From Hormiphora californensis (Eukaryota; Animalia; Ctenophora), in the NCBI GenBank assembly GCA_020137815.1, contig CM035351.1:9796001-9860000 (forward strand): a stretch of DNA of 64,000 bases. The letters are read 5' to 3'. Position numbers and translations under genes: made by a program. The notes beneath the pieces were generated by a model. The model was not told the DNA's origin. It did no database searches and saw only the letters and a program-made list of their open reading frames with translations. Below are positions 55,677 through 64,000 of the stretch, in pieces. Each line of letters starts with the position of its first letter. Position 1 is the stretch's first letter.

Positions 55677-57094
55677 TATATATAATAGTAGCGCTGTCAA
55701 AATTTTTTTTTGCGTAATTTCGATTTTCTATTAACTGGAAGGAAAGATACTTCGAAGAGGGAAATTTTTAGGGAAATGATAGTTTGGGGAGGGAGGATTG
55801 GGCCCCGGGCGCTTGCCAGCGCTATGATACAAATTAAAAACAACGGTAGTTTTTAAGGTCTATACACATGTTTCATGATGTCCCACAAGTAGACACTGGA
55901 CACCAATCATCAGTAGGCAAAGATCAAAATGAGAATGAATTGTGATAAAGTATGACAAGTTGATATTGAAATAAAATCCATTAAAATTGAAAATTATTTG
56001 AAATTAAATCGAATTCAAATTAATTTAAATTAAAATTAAAAACGTTTTTAAATTGAAAACGATTTGAAAATGAAATCGTTTTGAAATTGAAATCGTTTTG
56101 TATTCGAATTGAACTCAAAATGGCGACCGGAAAGAGCTAGCAACTTCAAATTTTTACCGTCAGTAAAGGTCTATGTGAAGCTTAACTTCTTAAATCTTAG
56201 TACCAAATTTTAGCCTCCTAGCTCATCTGGTTCCGGAGTTAGGAGGGGTCGAAAAGTGTCAAAATGGGCTAAAACCTCAAAATTGTTATATCTCCCACGC
56301 TATTGGCAAGCGGGCCCACTTTTTCGGAAAAGTTTTTGGGGGGATGGGATAGGGCCACCTTTGCGCTTGCCAGCGCAGTTATATATACTTTTATTCTCCA
56401 AGCATGATCAAATGGTCAAGTTTGATCAGTCTGTGCGACTACATATGATATGGTCATGATCAAATTTGATCAGTCTGTGTGCGCCCTTCGTAGCCACTAG
56501 CCAAGCTCAAACACTGTCGATTTAAGAATATGGAGGATGCGGTTAGTTCTTGTATTTGATTGGTGGTACAGTCGGGCCCCGATTTACCAGGATGATCGGG
56601 GGAATTTTATCCTCCCGGTAAATCGGGGTCCGACTGTAATTGAATTGTAAATGAAAGGAGATTATATGGGATTGTATTTTTGTTTATTCATTTATCATTT
56701 GCAGTTTGCATGTATTAATATCAAATATGAATTTTTTGCACATTATATATTACAGTCCGACCCCGATTTAGGGACCCCCGATTTAGGGACACCCCGATTT
56801 AGGGACAGGATTTTTTTTCCCCAAAAATTTTTGAATTTTTTTGGGAAATTTTTTGTGAAATTTTTCAAAAAGATTCCAGCCATGTCCGAATCGTGTTTCG
56901 AATCGGTGCATCTTATCGCATGTCCTTCTGCTAATTAGACGGTTTGGAACGAACCGATACGTGATCCCCATGGTGCCCATGGAATCACAAGTTCACCAAG
57001 GTCCAAGCGTCAAAATTTCGATTCGATGTCTAATTAGCAGCAGGACATGCGATAAGATGCACCGATTCGAAACACGATTCAGACGTGGCTGGTA

Positions 57095-59094
57095 CAGTCG
57101 GACCCCGATTTAGGGACACCCTCGGGGGAAAGGGCCCTTAAGGGTCTTGTCCACTAAATCGGGGTGTCCACTAAATCGGGGTGAGCCATATTTGGCCCAT
57201 AAAAACATATTTTATTGCCCAAAATGCTATATGGTCACGGTCAAAAAGTCTGCTGAAATTTCTATTTTTTGGGGTTCGAAAAATTGACCAAAATTATTGA
57301 AACTAATTTTTATACCACCTAGACACCTTCTAGACACTTAAAATTTTGTAAGCATGTCAAAATATGTTTAAATTATATTAATTTTAAATAATTAAATCGA
57401 TTGCTCAACCGGTGTGGATAAAAACACAAGTTTTATGAATATCCACCTGGCTGAGTAATCTTTGTAACTATGCCTCCATTTTGTGGATAATTGCAATGAT
57501 AATTGTTCTGGGAACCTCGTCACATAAGGTTGAGTGAATTTTACTCAACCATGGTGGATACACAGCCTCCCAAACTTGACGGTGCGTAAATTATCCACAA
57601 TTTTGGTTACTCAACTTGCAAAATGTTCCTAATCCATACCTATTCGAAGGACAAGCTGGATTAGCTCCAATTCGATACTCAACTAGTGTGGATAACTTCC
57701 TTTTCCCGCTAAAATCCTCTATATTTGCCCTTGCAGTAAAGAGACGTTATCCACACAGGTTGAGTTAACTAATGCTCAGAAACTGTCCTGTTGGTTGAGG
57801 ACGGTCTCTAACTGTAATTTCCTGGTCATATAACTTACTCAATCGATGTGGATAATTGAGAATCGAAATGTTAAATGCTGACCAAAGGATACAAAAATAG
57901 TTATCCACGCCGGTTGAGTTATCCTTTTGTTAAAGTGGAAGCTTATTTTCCAAGAAAAATGTTAGCCCTAGCCAATAAACCCGAAATAAATACCAAATGT
58001 ACTCTCTTTCATACGGTTGAGTAACAATTTATGATTGAAACTGATGTTATCCACACAAGTTGAGTAAAAAGTTGACAAAACCAAGCTAATTCATATTGTG
58101 AGTACCCATTCTTGTGTATACTAAAATTTCATATTGCTAGCACGATCATCGTGAGGATGAGCCCGTTATCCACACGATTTGTTATCCACACTTTTTAAGT
58201 GTTGATTACAGAGAAACAGATAAAGCAATTAAATTGGACTTTTCAAATTAATTAAATTTGAACAATTTTGAGTGGGCTGAGTTCGGAAAATTAGACTATT
58301 GAGTGGATCTTATCCACGATTGAGTAAATTCAAAAATATATCAATTTTCAGCAGACTTTTTGACCGTGACCATATTATTAAGACTAAAGACACCTCTAAC
58401 TGTTATATGCAATATTCATGTATTGATGACATGATCATTTCTGATTAGAAAAATAAAAATATAAAATAATTATTTTTCAAAAAAATGTGAAAAATTTTCC
58501 AAGTTATACCAGCCCGTCCGGTTTGTATTTCGAATCGGTGCAACTTACTGGATATCCTGTCTAATTAGCGGGTTCAAAACGAACCGATACGTGATACCAT
58601 ACCGAATCGGGGCACCCTAAGCGGGTGAGGAAGTATAAAAATTTCAAAATAACTTTTTCTCTCAAAATTTATGGGGAGCACCGATCAAAGCATTGACAGT
58701 CGTACTGTAAAATTTTGCAAAAAGTTTAAAAAAGGTATACCAGCCACGTCCGAATCGTGTTTCGAATCGGTGCATCTTATCGCATGTCCTGCTGCTAATT
58801 AGACGGAACGAATCGAAACGTGATCCCCATCGAATCGAAATTTTGACGCTTGGACCTTGGTGAACTTGTGATTCAATGGGCACCATGGGGATCACGTATC
58901 GGTTCGTTCTAATTAGCAGAAGGACATGCGATAAGATGCACCGATTCGAAACACGATTCGGACATGGCTGGAATCTTTTTGAAAAATTTCACAAAAAATT
59001 TCCCAAAAAAATTCAAAAATTTTTGGGGGAAAAAAATCCTGTCCCTAAATCGGGGTGTCCCTAAATCGGGGGTCCCTAAATCGGGGTCCGACTG
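57095..59094. mobile_element. Same-family MITE inserted in inverted orientation
   Basis: TA duplicated at ggctgg-ta|tacctttaaa. Confidence 0.85.
57233..58371. mobile_element. Sola-like non-autonomous element (GGTCACGG termini, ATAT TSD)
   Basis: 26-bp TIR. Removing it restores the host aaatgct-atat|tattaaga. Many internal TTATCCACA/TTGAGT motifs. Confidence 0.8.
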
Positions 59095-59339
59095 TATACC
59101 TTTAAAAAATGTTATAACTTTTTTGCAAAATTTTACAGTACGAATGTCAATGCTTTGATCGGTGCTCCCCATAAATTTTGAGAGAAAAAGTTATTTTGAA
59201 ATTGTTATACTTCCTCACCCGCTTAGGGTGCCCCAATTCGGTATGGTATCACGTATCGGTTCGTTTTGAACCCGCTAATTAGACAGAATATCCAGTAAGT
59301 TGCACCGATTCGAAATACAAACCGGACGGGCTGGTATAA

Positions 59340-59943
59340 GGCTATAAGCATACTGATCGTGATGATCATAATCAGGTCAGTGTGCGGACGTTTTGATGGT
59401 CACCATCAAAGGAGCGCACACACTGATGGTTATCATCATGATGGAGGCTTGATGCATCATGATGTTCTCAAACCATAGTGTGTTCACGTTTGATCATCAT
59501 GAACCATAGTGTGCTCACGTTTGATCATCATAAACCATGCTCAACTTGCTGGAACTTGCCTTTTGATCATGATCATCATGACCAGTGTGCTCAGCATGAT
59601 GATGCTATCTCCCGGGAGCTCCCCCTTGCCTAGTCGCGCGCTCTGAGAGGCTGTTGCATATCACGTGACCTGTACAACAGCCTCTCGCGCGCGCGAAGTC
59701 GTACCACGTGGTACATATCACATGACTACAGTGCAGCCCTCCACAAGAATAAGATCAAAACCTGCGCACACTAGGTGTTGATGATCATCATCCAACTTAA
59801 GAGACGGCTCCAGGGCCAGCTCTTACGTGATGATCATAATGTTCCGCACACTGTAGTTTTTTGCAGATGATGATGATCAAAACCATGAGCACACTTCATC
59901 TTTTTAACTGATTATGATCATCACGATCAGTATGCTTATAGCC
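59340..59943. mobile_element. PIF/Harbinger-like MITE, complete copy
   Basis: TAA TSD; near-identical to 4133..4727. Confidence 0.9.
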
Positions 59944-61129
59944 TAACTTAGAAAATTTTTCACATTTTTTTGAAAAATAATTATTTTATATTTTTCTTTT
60001 TCTAATCAGAAATGATCATGTCATCAATACATGAATATTGCATATAACAGTTAGAGGTGTCTTTAGTCTTAATAATATAGCATTTTGGGCAATAAAATAG
60101 GTTTTTTGGGTCAAATATGGCTCACCCCGATTTAGTGGACACCCCGATTTAGTGGACAAGACCCTTTCCCCCGAGGGTGTCCCTAAATCGGGGTCCGACT
60201 GTACTGCTGTTAAAAAGCAAGAAATGAAAAAGAACAAAGTTTCCCGAATTGAATTATATTCTATCATTACGAAATTTCACGATTTTGGTCAAATATTGGA
60301 CCAAATAGGCAGTAATTTAGTGACGAGACTAGGCCAGGCCCGAGAGACTCTTCAGTGGTAATTAGGAGGTCATATGTGCTTGAAATGACAACTTGAGACA
60401 GATTTGAGTTGCATTTTAGGAGAAATTTTCAATTTTGGCATCTGAGACATGCGAAAGTGAAACGAATTGCAATGTTACAAGAGAGTAATGACAAGGATTA
60501 AGGATTCTCTGTTCTGAGACTTCTTAGTGCTCTTTTATGAAGCAAGAAATGACAAAAACAAACTTTCCCGTAGTGCATTTCACTACCTGACCGCTCCCAA
60601 CTGCACTACCTCAAATTTTCGTGATTTGCACTACCACGCCAAAATTTTTATCGAAATTGCACTACTACGGAGTTCGGTAGAACCGTTCGGTAGAACCGCC
60701 TCGCCCGCCACCAATATATATATATACCGCGAGTGCACATATCACTCCCGGGCAGGTCGGAAGAATCTCGACACGCTATTACAGTACTGTAATAACTCAC
60801 TATTATATGATTAGATGACTGGTTAAAATGGTCTATTACTTTTTAGTGTACGAGGCCGAAGGCCGAGTGCTCTAAATACAACAATAATGAACCGAGACCG
60901 ACAGGTCGAGGTAGATCCTTTTACTTAGCTACCGAGCCTGCGAGGCACGCTAAGTGTAACTACTGAGCGAGCCTGCGAGCTCTGTAGTTGTACTTTTGGG
61001 CCGAGCCTGCGAGGCCTAAAAGTGAAAGAATCTTTAACATTATTGTTGTGTAATAAAGCATGTAAAAGCAGTCATTCTAATTTTATTAGATGATTTTGGA
61101 AACAAACTGAGTGAAAGAGATAAAGATTG

Positions 61130-61547
<418 letters not shown>

Positions 61548-61991
61548 TAATCTTTATCCCGTTCACTCAGTTTGTAATGTTTGTAATGTTCACACTGTGT
61601 GCGTGTGACTAGAAAGTGTTTAAATTTTCACATACCACTGCAGCGGTATTTTACTTTATAATTACTAGTGTTTTTGCAGTGGTCTAAAATTTCACAGTAC
61701 ACTTTAACCACCGGAAACAGTGTACTGTGAAAATTTAGATGACTGGTCAAAATTGTCTAATACAGTACTGTAATAGTGAGGCCCTGTAATAGCGGCCCCT
61801 GTAATAACTCGCTATTACAGTACTGTAATAGCGATACCTTGTAATAGTGATTAGCTATTACAGCAGTACCCTCGTATCAGTTCACATTGTAAGCGGTTCC
61901 CCCGCTAATGAGGTTTACCGAATCGTAAGCAGTACCCCGTATCGGTTGATATTGTAAACAGTTCCGCCGCTAATGAACTACATTGAATCGT

Positions 61992-63280
61992 GGGCAATTT
62001 CTCATTTGCCGCATACGGCGTCTAGACGGCGTCGCAACGCCGTCTAGACGGTGTCTAGACGGTATACCGTCTGGACGGGTTTCGGTAAAATCAGCTAAAA
62101 ACGGTACCGAAATTGCTTGAGACGGGTTATAGACGGTATCAGACGGTCTCTAGACGGGTTATAGACTGTATCAGACGGTGTTGCGACGGTATCAGACGGT
62201 CTCTAGACGGTGTCTAGACGGTACCGTCCCGGTGTCCAGACGGTGTCTGGACGGTGTCTAGACGGTATCCGTCCGAAGTTGAGACGGCACGTCTGAAAAT
62301 TGTACCAGACGCTGAGACGGACTTTTAGAACTCCGTCTGTATTTCAGACGGAGTTTTAAAAGTACGTCTCAACGCAGTCTAAAGGAAAATCGATGAAAGT
62401 ACCGTCTAGACAACGTCTCAACTGAAACCGGTCAACATACCGTCTAAACAACGTCTAGACAACGTCTAAACAGAATCTCGCGATTCAGTTTCAAATACCG
62501 TCTAGACAACTTCTCCAGCAATTTCGATACGAATACCGTCTAAACAACGTCTAGACAACGTCTTAAGCAAATCCGATACAGATACCGTCTAAAAAACGTC
62601 TCATAACCGACACTATCTATCACTGATAGTATCAGCCATAGACAGTATCTCACAGTTGTATTACAACGCGATAGCTGGATGTAAGAGTGAATGTGGAGAT
62701 ACCAAAACAGTATCTGTATCGGATTCGCTTAAGACGTTGTCTAGACGTTGTTTAGACGGTATTCGTATCGAAATTACTGGAGAAGTTGTCTAGACGGTAT
62801 TTGAAACTGAATCGCGAGATTCTGTTTAGACGTTGTCTAGACGTTGTTTAGACGGTATGTTGACCGGTTTCAGTTGAGACGTTGTCTAGACGGTACTTTC
62901 ATCGGTTTTCCTTTAGACTGCGTTGAGACGTACTTTTAAAACTCCGTCTGAAATACAGACGGAGTTCTAAAAGTCCGTCTCAACGTCTGGTACAATTTTC
63001 AGACGTGCCGTCTCAACTTCGGACGGATACCGTCCAGACACCGTCTAGACACCGGGACGGTACCGTCTAGACACCGTCTAGAGACCGTCTGATACCGTCG
63101 CAACACCGTCTGATACCGTCTATAACCCGTCTAGAGACCGTCTGATACCGTCTATAACCCGTCTCAAGCAATTTCGGTACCGTTTTTAGCTGATTTACCG
63201 AAACCCGTCCAGACGGTATACCGTCTAGACACCGTCTAGACGGCGTTGCGACGCCGTATGCAGCAAATGAGAAATTGCCC
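61992..63280. mobile_element. Foldback MITE, 1.29 kb near-perfect palindrome
   Basis: gggcaatttctcatttgc ... gcaaatgagaaattgccc. Arms of about 590 bp around a spacer of about 120 bp. Confidence 0.88.
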
Positions 63281-63355
63281 TCTGTATCTGTCTCTCTCCC
63301 TCTGTCTCTGTATCTCTGTCTTTCTCACGTTGCACAAGCCTACAATGCTTAAATC

Positions 63356-63935
63356 GGTGGGCGGACTCTAGTGCTACACTCTAAGTCTACAGTGGACTCT
63401 ATATCTAAATTTAGATTTAGATAAAGAGTCCAAATAAGTCTAAACTCTAGGAGGACTCTATCTCTAAAAAGTCTAAACAGGGCGGACTCTTTATCTAAAA
63501 AGTCTACAAAGAGCGGACTCTATATCTACATAAATCTAAATTAGACATAGAGTCCGCCATTCTCAGCGAACTCGAGATTTCGGCCGTTAGGCCGGAAACG
63601 AGAGTTTGCTGTACCTCTATACTAATTGAGAAGTGTTAGGGCCATTATTTGGGTTCGAGGTTAGGGTTAGGGTTATGGTTAGGGTTAGGTTTTGGGTTGG
63701 TTTAGGAATTTAGACATAGAGTCCGGGTTGGGGGATTTGGCGCCAAAACGTACCAGGGGACTCTATGTCTAAAAAGTCTACACAGGGCGGACTCTATATC
63801 TAAAAAGTCTAAACTGGGCGGACTCTTTATCTAAACTTTTTTCAAAGTCTAACTGTAGATAAAGAGTCCGGTTTTAGATATAGAGTCCGCCTTGAGTTTA
63901 GATAAAGAGTCCGTTAGCACTAGAGTCCGCCCACC
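63356..63935. mobile_element. MITE with 9-bp TSD (Merlin/MULE-like), carrying TTAGGG-like repeats
   Basis: TIR ggtgggcggactctagtgcta; exact TSD GCTTAAATC. Confidence 0.88.
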
Positions 63936-64000
63936 GCTTAAATCATGACGGAGTGTATGCCGTTTATGCGATTGAACGTATAGGAGTGTGAGCGAGTATG

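Larger units (their letters stand above)
56753..60201. mobile_element. Tc1/pogo-like MITE, outer copy of a four-element nest
   Basis: Collinear with 54797..55676 once 57095..59094 and 59340..59943 are removed. Confidence 0.85.

Noticed and set aside
57400-58330. Bacterial oriC or contamination, suggested by DnaA boxes
   Set aside because: It lies within a TIR/TSD-bounded element nested in eukaryotic MITEs, with no bacterial genes nearby.
63655-63700. Telomere or interstitial telomere
   Set aside because: Only a few degenerate TTAGGG units inside a MITE. Similar units at about 34260-34300 and 14468-14522 are also repeat-internal.

Overview
Eukaryotic, repeat-dense animal DNA. A 26-nt match to the spliced leader (SL) I recall for pleurobrachiid ctenophores (Pleurobrachia/Hormiphora) suggests a ctenophore. 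Host genes: the last two coding exons of an SLC6/NSS transporter with an extra transmembrane pair, an intronless-CDS DNA polymerase nu (POLN), and two paralogous small single-pass membrane proteins with a juxtamembrane CxxC. Most remaining sequence is non-autonomous, often deeply nested TIR elements (Harbinger-, Tc1/pogo-, Academ-, Sola-, MULE/Merlin- and Kolobok-like by termini and TSD). There are also LINE 3' fragments, a decayed Penelope-like element, a probable solo LTR and long microsatellites. The most notable signals are: (1) a retroposed chimera of SL + AlkB-like ORF + LINE ORF2 3' end; (2) a LINE inserted repeatedly into one (CA)n array; (3) the LAT/PAG-like membrane protein pair; (4) two minimal hammerhead ribozyme motifs. 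All family assignments are by eye from motifs; no searches were run.
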